This document shows, in pieces, positions 12,745 through 25,288 of a stretch of 64,000 nt of DNA (the stretch's first letter is position 1; the number at the start of each line of letters is the position of its first letter). The notes below the pieces were generated by a model. The model was not told where the DNA came from. It ran no database searches and saw only the letters and a program-made list of their open reading frames with translations. The DNA lies in assembly GCA_038087875.1 (NCBI GenBank), contig CM075978.1, positions 136,586,001 through 136,650,000 of the forward strand. The letters run 5' to 3'. The translations under genes and the position numbers were made by a program. Origin of the DNA: Malacoraja senta (Eukaryota).

Positions 12745-14884
12745 AGTAAGCCAGTTCTGAATCCATATAACCAAGTTACTGTTAATCCCTTTCTTCTTGA
12801 TCTTCCGGATCAGCCCATTAGAGACTTTATCAAATACCAGACTAAAATCCATGTAGACAACATCCACCGCCCTAGCCTCATCAATCACCTTCATCACCTT
12901 CTCAAAAGGACACGATCAAGTTAGTAAAACATGACCTGCCATGTACAATGACATGCTGACTATCCCCAATTAGCCCATTCTCTTCCAAATGGGAGTAAAT
13001 CCTATCCAAAGAATTCTCTCTAATTACTTTCCCACCACTGATTTGAGGCTCATTGGCCTATAATTCCCTGCATGCTCTTTACTTCGTTTTAAAATAAAGA
13101 AACAACATTAGCTACACCTCAGTCCTCCTGAACCTTTGTCAAGGCTCCTGCAATCTCCTCTCTTGCTTCCCTCAATAAATTGGGATAAATCTTCGGTCCC
13201 CGGGAGCCCCAACACCTCCTCCTCCTTCTTGATCTCAAACTGCCCTTCCTTATTAATATCCCCAACACTGATCTCACTGTCCTCCATGTCCTTCTCCTTA
13301 GTGAAAACAGATAACTCGTCATCATCCCCAGATTCCTAGAACAAATTCCCTCCTTGATCCTTGAGCGGTCCTACCTTCTCCCTGATCACCCTCTTGTTTT
13401 TAAATAAAGGTATAAAAAGCTTTGGGATTTTCTTTAATCTGAATTGCCAAAAGCTATTTTGTGGCCACTTCTTGCCCTTCTAACCTCCCGCTCAAGCTCT
13501 TTCCTCTTCGCTTTATACTGTCATCCCCAAAGCCCCAGTCTGATTCCATCTTCTTAAAACTTTCATGCACTTTCTTTTTCTGTTTGACCAATTTACCACA
13601 ACTTCAGTCATTCAAGATTTCCTTACTTTGCCATCCTTATCCCTCCTCCTCACTGAACATGCCTGTTCTGAACTTCTGGTTTTGAAACAATTCCCACACG
13701 TCAGACGTAGACTTACCTGATAACAATTTCTCTCAAGAGTACCCTCCCAAGCTACAGCTGAGAGTTGTAGTTTGCCTTACTCCAATTTACTACTTTCCCC
13801 CAATGTCTACCCTTCTCCATGTTCAAAACAATCTTAAAATGTATAGAGTTGTGATGACTGTCCCAAATTGCTCTTCCACTGAAACACTTGCCACCTGGTC
13901 AATCTCATTTCCCAACACAAGGTCTAGTGTGATCCCTTTTTAGGTTGGACTATCCACATACTGTTTCAAGAAACCCTCTTAGACACACCTCACAATTTTT
14001 GCCCCATCTAAGCCCTTGGCACGAAGCAACATGTCAACATTGGGAAATTTAAAGTCAGCCACTAAGACAACCCTGTAGCTTTGTTATCTTTCGGTAGTGT
14101 ACATATCTGTTCCTCTGTCTCTTGCTTGTTATTAAGGCACCTAAAGCAAAATCCCAATAGAGTGCTTGCACTTTGTTATTTCTAAGCTTCACCCATATCG
14201 CCTCAATGGACAAACCCTCTCCAAGTGCCGCCATGACACTCTCCTTGATCAGTAGCGCAACTCCTCCACTGCTGTTGCCTTCCTCTCGATCACGTCAGAA
14301 ACATTGAAACCCTGGAGCATTAAGCTGCCTGTCATGTACCTCTCTCAACTACACTTCCACAATGGCTGTAACATCATGGTCCCAAGCATTATCCTTGCAT
14401 TGAAATAAACACCCTTCACCCCATCAGCATCACCTTATTCCTTCACCTCTCCCTGCTTGTCCTTCCTTTGAGACTTACTGATCCTAACCTCTACCTTCCC
14501 ATCACTCTTTCCAAATGCTGAGCTACGGCTCTGATCCCCAACCCTTGCCTCTCTAGTTAAAACCCTCCTGAGTAACACCAGCAAACCCGCCTGCAAGCTC
14601 TGGGGTTTTAAAGCTGCATTAAAACTGTTGCTGAGCCCATCCTGAAGTGGACAAGTGTCTGTTATTTGATTTTACTCCCATATTTGAATCATAATCATTG
14701 AAGCAGAAGCTTTATGACATAAAATATTAAGGAATACTTTGGCAATGCCTAATGAATCTCCATGTCTGGGCATTTAAAAAGCACAAAATAAATTCTCATG
14801 TATTCCCAGGAATCTACGAAGAAATTAACTCATTACTTCAAAGAATATTAGTAATTGGTGATTGGTGGAAGGACAAGCAGGGAG

Positions 14885-15375
14885 AGGACATCCTTGTGAT
14901 TGAGGCAGTGCAGCGTAGGTTCACGAGATTGATCCCTGGGATGGCGGGACTGTCATATGAGGAAAGATTGAAAAGACTAGACTTGTATTCACTAGAGTTT
15001 AGAAGGATGAGGGGGAACATATAAAATTATAAAAGGACTGGACAAGCTAGATGCAGGAAAAATGTTCCCAATGCTGGGCGATCCAGAACCAGGGGCCACA
15101 GTCTTAGAATAAAGGGGAGGCCATTTAAGACTGAGGTGAGAAAAAACGTTTTCACCCAGAGAGTTGTGAATTTGTGGAATTCCCTGCCACAGAGGGCAAT
15201 GGAGGCCAAATCACTGGATTGATTTAAGATAGAGTTAGATAGAGCTCTAGGGGCTAGTGGAATCAAGGATATGGGGGAAAGGCAGGCACGGGTTATTGAT
15301 TGGGGACGATCAGCCATGATCACAATGAAGGGGCCGAATAGTCTCCTCCTGCACCTATTTTCTATGTTTCTATCT
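14885..15375 (+). mobile_element. CR1 LINE 3' end (5'-truncated)
   Basis: IEAVQRRFTRLIPGMAGLSYEERLKRLDLYSLEFRRMRG; tail cctgcacctattttctatgtttcta. Confidence 0.9.
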
Positions 15376-16988
15376 ACTATGTATTTCCAACATATTTTTG
15401 TTTTATTTCATAATTCAAGTTCATTCAAAGGGCTTTTTACCTGAAATGGTAACTCCAGCATCTGGAGTTTGATTTTCATACTCCATTGGGTGTTCAGGCA
15501 GGTAAAATGCTCAGAAAAAAATGCACACAGTCCAAATGTGGCAGATGAAACCTAATGTGCAATGCAATTCCAGGTACAATGCAAGCAGGTACATCTAATG
15601 CACCTTTCATTCCTTCTTTCTTATTTTATCTTTGTAAGGCGGAACCTCTTCAGTTTCTCACATCTATTATTTCTTTAGCTGGTTACCATTATTTTGCACT
15701 AATCTATGCAGTCAATCAACCATGGTGGTAAACATATGAATCCTTTCTCCCAGGCTGACATTGTATCAAAAAGTGCTTTCCCCATATTGCTAAACTTCCC
15801 TACACAGAATCAAAACTGCAGTCTTTTAATTATTACAAAATAAGTAACTTCTAATCTATTTTAATTACGTTCATAATAATGAGGAAACATGACAAAACTT
15901 TGTTTTAAGGAAGTATATTCTCAAATTAATTCTATACAGTATATCTTCAAATTCCATAAGAATGCTGATGTACTAAATGTAACACTACAGACACGAACAA
16001 ATTGACATTTTTTCACCCAAATTATTCAAAAGCCACACAATGAAATCTTACATCTCTGTAATTATTTGTAACTATGAGTTGATAATAATGCATTAATAAT
16101 ATTCTGCCGAAAATGTCCATATTATATAGATATTTTTTAAGCTTTGTACCGATTTAATCTTTTAACCTTTTGATTCCCTTTGCCTTGTCACTTGGGTCCT
16201 GTAGACTTGTTTATGTGAACATTGTATCCATCAATTCTGCATGCTTTGAGGGAAATGATGTCAGGCGACTTGTGGATAGGTCCATGCGGGTCAAGTCATC
16301 TTAAAACCAATCATACTCTAAATAGTGGCCCGGATTTTGCTGTACTAATAATGGCAAGGCTGTCAGCACTCTCTGCTATTGCAGCTGAACTGACAGTAAA
16401 TACAAGCAGCTGCACATGCGCAATTAATGTCAATATCTAGTAACTGTAAACAGTGAGGCCTTGCTCCTCTGCAAATGCATTGCTGCAATCTTTACTGGCG
16501 GAATCTGCACAGGGTTCACCGTAACATCTGAACATAGGCCAGATTTTTACTATGCCTGCTCCAAAGATAGATGAAGAGTGCGTTGGGACATTCTGGCGTA
16601 ACTCGGTATTTAATACCAAGATAAGTACTTGAAAAACATTTCCAGTTGGAAAATAATTAGTTTGCAAGTATAGCCATCCATTATCTCAGAAGAAAGTAAA
16701 CACTGCAATAAAAAAAATTTCATATAGCCTTTTTCTTGTTTTGACTTTTATTTCATCCCCTTAATCTTGCGTACATATCCCAATCTTTATTTTGCTTTCT
16801 AGTTAATAATTTAAGTGTGCTACATATTGGCTGATATTATTTCCTCTTTTGCTGTCAAGATGGCTCAGTGAGTATTCACCAGTCTGATTGGTTAAGGAGC
16901 CTCTGTGCTGCATTTCACTGATCACTTCTGTCACAAGTCCCCTGTAGAGGGCGCCAGATTCAAACAGACACAAGACTTCTGGAGAAGC

Positions 16989-17535
16989 AAGGAACCGCAG
17001 ATGCTGGTTTACAAAAAGTGTTGGAGTAACTCAGCGTGTCAGGCAGCATCAATGGTAGGTGACATTTTGGATCAGGACCCTTATTCAGCCAGAGCAAACT
17101 GGTGGAACACATAATCCGTTTGGGTAGCTTACAACCTAACAGTATGAAGAAGGGTCTCGACCCGAAACGTCACCCATTCCTTCTCTCCAGAGATGCTGCC
17201 AATCCCACTGTTACTCCAGCTTTTTGTGTCTATCTAACTGTATGAACATTGAATTCTCCAGTCTTAGGTAACTAACCTACAATATCATCGCCTTTCCCCC
17301 CCCTCCCCCCCTCCCCCCCCTTTCATCTTCTCTGTGCCCCACCTGGATGTACAACCATTTCTCCCCCTCCATCTATATTGCTACCTCTAGCTTCACAATT
17401 CTCACCTCTTCCATCATTTCACACCTTTAGTCTTTTCATCTCTGTGCAACCATCTGCCTCCCATCAAAACCCATTGCCTGTATCCACCTATCACTCGTCA
17501 AGCATTGTCCTGCCCCTCCACTCTTCCAGCTTTCT
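16989..17535. mobile_element. Composite PLE remnant: minus terminal unit, then plus GIY-YIG C-terminus and C-rich 3' region, with a nested hammerhead unit
   Basis: Plus-strand RLGSLQPNSMNIEFSSLR-stop is split by an insert at 17149-17233 flanked by ctaac(a/t)gtatgaa. Confidence 0.75.
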
Positions 17536-17889
17536 CAACATGTCTTCTGTGGCTGGCCTTGCTCTGGGCAACTGTGTTGGATGACAATTCCTGCACTTAT
17601 TGATTGAAAAGCAAAACACTGCAGATGTTGTAATCCCGATATGTAGGCAGAAAATGCTAAAAAATACTCAGCGAGTACACCAGCTACTGCTATATAGAAA
17701 TGGAATTATGGTTTTATATCAGTTTCCTTCCATCAATTTTGTGTGACTTAAAACAGTAACTTGTTGAAATAAGTATGAAAACATATTTCTTTCCCCATTG
17801 GCACTGTCTCACAATTTCCAATATTTACCAGTTTTGTTTTCCCTTGCATCTTTGTTGTTTGTCCGGAGCTTGTTTTCAAGGTAATAAAA

Positions 17890-18265
17890 TGGAACTGCGG
17901 ATGCTGGTTTATACCAAAGCTAAACACAAAATGCTGGCGTAAATCAGTGGGTCAGGCAACATCTGTCGAGAACATGGATAAGTGACACTGTGATATTTTA
18001 GGCCGGGATCCTTCGCCAGACTGATAGTGGGGGAGAGGAAGGGGGACTGGAATCAAGAAAAAAAAAAAAGGACTATTTAGGGATGACAACAAATGACCTC
18101 GGGCAGAGGTTCCCTGATTGTAGCTAGGGGCGGTGTGATCCTAAGAGGGACACATCTTTGTGAACTGTGGATCTGGTTAACTAGTTCTTTTTTCTTGCTT
18201 CCATTTTCTATCCGTTCCCCCACCCCCCCCCCCCCCCCCCCCCCAAGTCCTGCAATCAGTCTGAA
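17890..18265. mobile_element. Degenerate PLE terminal sequences in inverted arrangement
   Basis: Minus unit ggaactgcggatgctggttt...cccttcgccagactga, then a plus C-rich segment ending atcagtctgaa. Confidence 0.55.
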
Positions 18266-18720
18266 CTCTAGTCTTTAAGGTGTTGCTTATCACTTTTCCT
18301 TTCTCCCAGACCCATCAGGCGTGAACACACAAAGCCCACTCCATCTCAATGGATTCTGCATTATCTGGCTACAACACCGAAGATGCTAACTTCTGTGTAA
18401 ATAATAACATTACTATGCCAGTCCTCCCAGATTATGTTCACCATTCTCTAAAAAAAAGCACTAATGCTAACCCTCAAGTTCCAAAGCCTTGGAATCAGTT
18501 GTGAAGATCACCATTTGTAACCAAAATCTGTTAGACATGAGGATGTCATGTTTAATGACCACCTGAAATGATTGTCTTATGAAGGCAAGAGTGCTGAATC
18601 AGATATATGTACTGTATATACCCTCGGGATAAGATGGCTGTAAAGGTGGGCAAAGTGTTTGGTTTTTTACAGTTTATCATTGTCAATGTAGAATTTCTTA
18701 GCTGGGTCTGGTGATTGAAC

Positions 18721-18920
18721 NNNNNNNNNNNNNNNNNNNNNNNNNNNNNNNNNNNNNNNNNNNNNNNNNNNNNNNNNNNNNNNNNNNNNNNNNNNNNNNN
18801 NNNNNNNNNNNNNNNNNNNNNNNNNNNNNNNNNNNNNNNNNNNNNNNNNNNNNNNNNNNNNNNNNNNNNNNNNNNNNNNNNNNNNNNNNNNNNNNNNNNN
18901 NNNNNNNNNNNNNNNNNNNN
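18721..18920. other. Assembly gap (200 N)
   Basis: Run of N. Confidence 1.
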
Positions 18921-19148
18921 TGTGATTTCCAGCACAAATAACCAACCCATGGACAATCCAGGAAAAATAACAAGAACTGTGCTGGCTCAAAGTGGAGGTG
19001 AAACTGTGATCCCTAGGGCTCAGCTTAGTGCTTCCATGGGCGATGTGTGTGCTGATCAACACCTGGTAGTCTGCCAGATGCCTGCATTCATTGTCAGGGA
19101 GCAGAGTGGAGTTGAAAATGGTCATGGTATCAAGTCTTGTGCACTGTT
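18921..19148 (+). repeat. Direct duplication, copy 1 (about 228 bp), truncated by the gap
   Basis: Colinear with 20826-21049, with scattered substitutions and small indels. Confidence 0.9.
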
Positions 19149-19314
19149 GGTAAGGTGTGGTCAAAAAAAATTTGAAGGAAGCAATGTGGTATAAACAAGA
19201 AATATATTAGCTAAAACAAGGTGCATAATTACAAGAGAAAACTTGAAAGGCAAGATCAAAAGAAGGGATGAGGGAAACACAAATACGCGCGTAGGTAAAA
19301 TAGAGCAATGTGTT

Positions 19315-19445
19315 TACATGCACACAGACTCACACACATACATACATACGCCCACATGCAGATGTGTGCACACAGACACTCACACGCACACTCACACACA
19401 GATCCAGGCAAACACAGACACGCGCACACACCCACACAAGCACAG

Positions 19446-19476
<31 letters not shown>

Positions 19477-19680
19477 GATGCATGCGCAAACGCACAAGCA
19501 CAGACATGCAGAGACGCGCACACACAGACGCTTACACACATAGATGCAGGCACACACACACCTGTACGTGCACACATACTTGCACACACCCACACAAGCA
19601 CAGACACGCGCACACACAGACGCGTGTACACAGTCATGCGCGCACACACACCACTGATGCATGCACACACACACAAGCAC
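19315..19680. repeat. Degenerate (CA)n/(CG)n microsatellite array
   Basis: About 365 bp of cacacacacagacacgcgcacac-type repeats. Confidence 0.95.
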
Positions 19681-19919
19681 TAGTTCGCTGCTGATGGTTC
19701 GTGTCTTTTATAAACTATTTACAGAATGAACCTGACAATTGACATAGGCACCGGTGGCCTTGGGTGTTTGCAGGTTAGCTGTCCCAACCGTTCAGCTACA
19801 TTAAGAAACAGTTATTGTATAGAACTAAATAGACTGATACATAATGTTGCCCTTGCCTCTATTTTCCTTTGACATTCTGTCTTTAAAGATCTCCTCATAA
19901 TGTGTGATGTCATCAAATA

Positions 19920-20300
19920 ATAAACTGCTGGAAAAGGTCAGCGAGTCAGCAGCATCTGTGGAGCAAATGGACAGTTGGGCTTTCAGGTTGAGACCGCTCC
20001 AGTGCTGAGAAAGGGTCTTGACCCAAACCATTGACTGTCCATTTGGATGCAGATGTGATAGAATCATTTTAGAGACTTTGGGTTAGGCACATGGATATCC
20101 AGGGAATGGAGGAATATGGATCACCTGCGGGCAGAGGGGATTAGTTTAACAGCATCGGTGTTCGGCAGATATTGTGGGTCAAAGGGCATGTTCCTGTGCT
20201 GTACTGTTGTTTGATGTTCTAAATTCCCTCCACATTGCGCTCCTCCAGCAGTTTATTTTTTTGCTCTGGATTCCAGCATCTGCTGACTTTTGTGTCCCCA
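19920..20300. mobile_element. Old inverted PLE terminal-unit pair interrupted by a CR1 3' end (about 20045-20222, plus strand)
   Basis: Minus unit followed by ctgagaaagggtcttgaccc; CR1 tail gttcctgtgctgtactgttg; PLE end ccagcatctgc resumes afterwards. Confidence 0.6.
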
Positions 20301-20825
20301 GTTTATATTATCTAATCTTGTTAACAGAAACACACCCAAATCATTGATTTAACTTTCATTATCTGTACCGAGTATTCAAGCAAACCTTTTACTGATAATA
20401 AATGCACAAATTCTTTGAAACTGCTCCAAACACTCAGAAGACTATTTAGCAGTGAGCCCGTTAATGCCTCATCAATAATGCTTAAAGCAATTCAGTCTTG
20501 TTCATTGCATATTGGTGAAGACTTTCAATAATTCACTACATTTAATTGGTACTTCCCCAATTCCTTCAGTCGGCAAGATCCTGATCAGTGTAGAACTGAG
20601 ACATATGAAACAAGTGGGTCAGAGTCAAACAATCTTGTCTCTCTGTCAGAAGGAATGTTATAATTTGCTACAAGACTACCCTGATATCTTTTGCCTTACA
20701 GACACACAAGGAGAATTGGCAGTGCTACAAAAGAAAGCAAGCAGTGAATCTGAAGGCACACTATCTCTCTATTTCACATTCCCAGTCATCGACTGCATAT
20801 TTGGGAAGATGAGATCTGCATATGG

Positions 20826-21049
20826 TGTGATTTCCAGCACAAATGACCCATGGACAATCCAGGGAAAAATAACAAGAACTGTGCTGGCTTAGAGTGGAGG
20901 TGAAACTGTGAACCAGAGGGCTCAGCTTCGTGCTTCCATGGGCGAAGTGTGTGCGAACAACACCTGGTAGTCTGCCTGACACCTGCATTCATTGTCAGGG
21001 AGCACAGTGGAGTTCAAAATGGTCATGGTATCAAGCCTTGTGCACTGTT
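20826..21049 (+). repeat. Direct duplication, copy 2
   Basis: Colinear with 18921-19148. Confidence 0.9.
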
Positions 21050-21863
21050 TCAAGCTCATCTTACTGTAAGGAAGTAGTTGGAAACTTTGTGCACTGTGAA
21101 GAAACAAGAAACGGCAGATGCTGGTTTCCACAAAAGGACACAAAGTGTTGGAGTGGGTAACTCAGCATCTCTGGAAATCTCTGAAAGACAAGAGTTCACT
21201 GCCCAACTCACATTGATAGTCCCATGAAATGAAGCGCATGTCCTCTTGTGAGGTCTCAATTGTGGCTGCAGTATGGAAACCATTAAAAAAACCTCCTCAA
21301 CAAAGCTTACATGTTGTAATGCATTCATGTTGGTGACTTGTTCCTCAGACTCCCTCTGTGAAAAAGATGTGTGCACATCTTTCCCTTCCCTCTCTTGCTC
21401 TTGCCTCTTCCTGGAGCTAGACCTGATCTGCGTGCCCTTCATTCATTCTCCTTGTCATGCGGCAATGCGTGGGGATTATTTACTAATGTACTCATACCTC
21501 TGAGCAACTCATTTGTACAAAAGGCTCGAAGTCAGCAAAGTCATTCAGTGCCGCATTGCTCCCTGTAGACTTTGCAACTTGAAATAATGAAAGACAGCAC
21601 CAAATGCTTGCGGAATCAAATCAGCTACCAGAAGAAATAAACTAGCAACTGACCCATAAGTAGCTTATCATCTTTTTTTTTTTTAATGGCATGGTACGGT
21701 GGGGTCACTGTGGGGTTGAGAGTCCTTCCTTCTGTTTACTGTACATTAAGCAGGGCACCATTATGAGATGGTATTAGCTGGAGCACTGTGTTTCAAAATG
21801 GCTGCACTATAAATCAGCATTTGACATTGTAATATTCCTTTGCTGCAAAGTTCCAATGAGCAT

Positions 21864-22192
21864 TTTAGTTTAGCTTAGTACTTTAGTTTAGTTTAGAGAT
21901 ATAGCATGGAAACAAGTCCTTGGTCTACCAAGTCCATGCCGACTGTCAATCAACCGTTCACACTAGTTCCATGTCAGCCCACTTTCCCACCCACTACACA
22001 CTAGGGACCATTTACAGAGACAAATTAACATACAAACCCACATATATTTGGGATTTGGGAGGACAAGGGTGCACCTGTAGGAAGGCCACACAGTCCAAGG
22101 GAGAACATGCAAACTCCACACAGACAGCACCCAAGGTCAGGATCGAACCTGGGTCTCTGGCACTGGTAGGCAGCAGGTCTACCAGCCGCACC
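21864..22192 (-). mobile_element. HE1/V-SINE-like SINE
   Basis: (tttag)n tail; reverse B-box ggatcgaacc at 22140-22149. Confidence 0.85.
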
Positions 22193-25100
22193 AAGGACTA
22201 TTCATGAATTCTATAATAATACGTCAAAAATACCGTGTTCTGATCCTCAATTAGCATGCAAATGGTGCACATTTTGGATGATCAAAGGTTATTAACTTGC
22301 ACATAAATCGGAGGATGGAGATCTGATACAGTGATGTTTGATGCAGTTATTTAGCCACAATGAATTCAACAGGTTTCATCAGTTTTTTGTCGAGAATAAA
22401 AAGCAGATTGATCCGGGGGGGGGTTCATGCAATAACATCATAAAATCCTTTCCTTGTTAATCAAAAACTGAATGACGAAGGCAGTTGCCATGAAGTTGGC
22501 AGCAAAGAAAAGGAGTGGGCTGAAGTAGATGTTGATAAAAATGTCAATAGGAAACAACTAGTTCGGCCTAAATTTCAACAATGGTATCATTTACCATTAA
22601 GGTGGATCCCGCTGCTTTTTGTTGGTGATTAAACTCTTGATAATTGCCACATTTATGGAAGATTGCAGTAGATGTTATAATATGGAGAAAACTTCTTGAA
22701 CATCAAATGTTGTAAAAAAAAGCATTAACTTAGCAGTGGATCAGCAGTATTGAAACTAATGGACTTGGGTAACTGATCCCTTTTGCTGTTAATAAACTGA
22801 AGTCTTTGGTCTAAAATTATATTTGTCCTGGAGTTTTATTGTAACAATCATAATAGTCCATTGAAGAATAGTATCAGAACAGCCAAAAACAAATGAGCAG
22901 ACAGTACCGGTCTGGATCTGCACCAGCTTGCTCGATAACAAGTCAATTAATTGATTAAATTTCTGTTGATTAAAATGTTTCAATCAATTATAATCAATTA
23001 ATCGCCACAGACCTGCTCAAGATAACCTATGGATCAGGAATGCATAATAAACACGAGGAATGTATATGTGCGTAAAATACAAATAAAGATATTTCAACTC
23101 ATGCTCACGCACAAAGTCTAAAAGCAAATAAGATTAACTTTTTTTTTCTAAACCACAAGACAAATGGGCTTAAAGGCTACAAAAAAACACCAATGTGGGA
23201 ACTACACAATACTTAATCATCTTTTGTGATTACTCAATAAGGATTAACACTAAAGAAAGGTTCAATATTACATTTCCTTCTGTTCTGCATTTTTATTTAC
23301 TTTTGGTAATAACTGACATCTTTAATATCCAGAAATATTGAAGTAGTGTTTTAAAGAAAGTTAACAAGTGCAAATTCAGGCACAATAAGATGCCCCAGCA
23401 CGCAAATAATACAATATCAAGTGCTTTAGATACAGTCAAAATTACTGTCTAAGATGGAAAGGCTAAATTCCTTGCAGATTTTGTTTTAACATAAAGTCCC
23501 AATAAGAAGATCAGCTCAATATACTGAAATAATGGAATATTCATCCTCCTAATCCATATGCATTTTTTTCAGGAGCTGTTGAGCAATGAATGTGAGGCAT
23601 GCCTGTATTCAGGATTTAAATAAGATGTCTTTCTAAAACATACAGTTATCATTTCCGCACCATCGCATCCAATATGACAAGGTTAGCATTTTTTTTCTCC
23701 AGCTGAAATGAAGGGACCACAATGCAGTGTTGTCTTAAACAAAATAATATATTAAAACATTATGTTTGTCAGTGAATTCAAAATCTAAAATAACATTTGG
23801 TCCCCATCCGTTTTCACTTCGGGGAAAAACAACATATTGAATATCAATATCAGGTACAGATGTTTGCCAGGATATTGTCTGCTATTGAGCTAGATCATTC
23901 ACTGTGCTGTTGCACCTTTAATCCTTTCTGGTTAAATCAGGACACAATCAGCTCAACTGCTGCTACAGAAAATAATGGAAAATTCTCCGATTCTTTAAAA
24001 TTGAAACAGATTAACAAATAATTGCAATATTACATAAAGGGTACAGTGGCAAAATTAACTGGTCAAATTTGAATTCCTAATTCTGTTCATTTACTTACAG
24101 TTTATTAAAGTTAAATATCTAATGTATAATGTAGAAAGCCGTCTCCCAGGTGCCCTGGTAATGATTCACTTAAAATTCTTGTGGTCGGATTTCATGTTTG
24201 TTTTCACTTTTGGAAGGTTTATACCTTACATGGCAACGACTGCATTTACACAATGCACATACAGTGCGCTCCACAATGTTTGGGACAAAGACTCATCATT
24301 TATTTATTTGCCTCTGTACTCCACAATTTGAGATTTGTGATAGAAAACATCATATGTGGTTAAAGTGCACATTGTCAGATTTTAATAAAGGCCATTTTTA
24401 TACATTTTGGTTTCACCATGTAGAAATTACAGCTCTGTTTATACATAGTCCCCCCCCCCCCCCATTTCAGGGTACCATAATGTTTGGGACACAGCAATTT
24501 CAGTTAAATTAAAGTAATCATGTTTAGTATTTTGTTGCATATCCTTTGCATGCAATGACTGCTTGAAGTCTGCGATTCATAGACATCACCAGTTGCTGGG
24601 AGTCTTCTCTGGTGATGCTCTGTCAGGCCTGTATTGCAACCATCTTTAGCATATGCTTGCTTTGGGGGCTAGTCCCCTTCAGTTTTCTCTTCAGCATATA
24701 AAAGGCATGCTCAATTGGGTTCAGATCGGGTGATTGCCTTGGTCACTCAAGAATTGACTATTATATAGCTTCGAAAAACTCCTTTGCTGCTTTAGCAGTA
24801 TGTTTGGGTTCATTGTCTTGCTGTAGAATGAACCGCCAGCCAATGAGTTTTGAGGCATTTGTTTGAACGAACAGATAGAATGTGTCTAAACACTTCAGAA
24901 TTCATTATGCTACTACCATATGAGCCAATACCTTCAGCAGCCATACATGCCCAGGCCATAACACCCCCACCACCGTGTTTCACAGATGAGGTGGTATGCT
25001 TTGGATCTTGGGCAGTTCGTTCTCTCCTCCATACTTTGCTCTTGCCATCACTCTGATATAAGTTAATCTTCGTCTCATCTGTCCACAAGACCTTTTTCCA

Positions 25101-25288
25101 GAACTGTGGGTTGCTCTTTTAAGTACTTCTTCGCAAACAGTAACGTGGCCATTCTCTTTTTTGCAGTTAACCAGTGGTTTGCATCTTGCAGTGTAGCATC
25201 TGTATTTCTGTTCATGAAGTCTTCAGTGGACATTGACAAATCCACGGTACACAAAAATGCTGGAGAAACTCAGCGGGTGCAGCAGCAT

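Larger units (their letters stand above)
8745..14600 (-). mobile_element. Long degenerate CR1 LINE (ORF1 end through ORF2 to 3' tail), interrupted by a Gypsy element and a 148-bp insert
   Basis: ORF2 peptides VVKKAYGMLAFI, QLYRTLVRLYLEYCVEFWSP, AVDVVYMDFSLVFDKV and IYPNLLREAREEIAGALT; ORF1-like end LAGGFAGVTQEGFN-stop near 14600; 3' tail near 8750. Confidence 0.85.

Noticed and set aside
16326-16660. Enhancer-like segment beginning ggcccggattttgc
   Set aside because: Resembles the end of an ancient elasmobranch DNA-transposon-like repeat, but I found no matching second end; too degraded to call either way
18552-19194. ORFs spanning the N gap
   Set aside because: Artefacts of translating Ns
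19243-19694. His/Thr-rich and Cys/Val-rich ORFs
   Set aside because: Translations of the CA microsatellite
20512-20892. 126-aa ORF with an internal acceptor-like ttttgccttacag
   Set aside because: No recognisable domain and no convincing donor site; it runs into the duplicated segment
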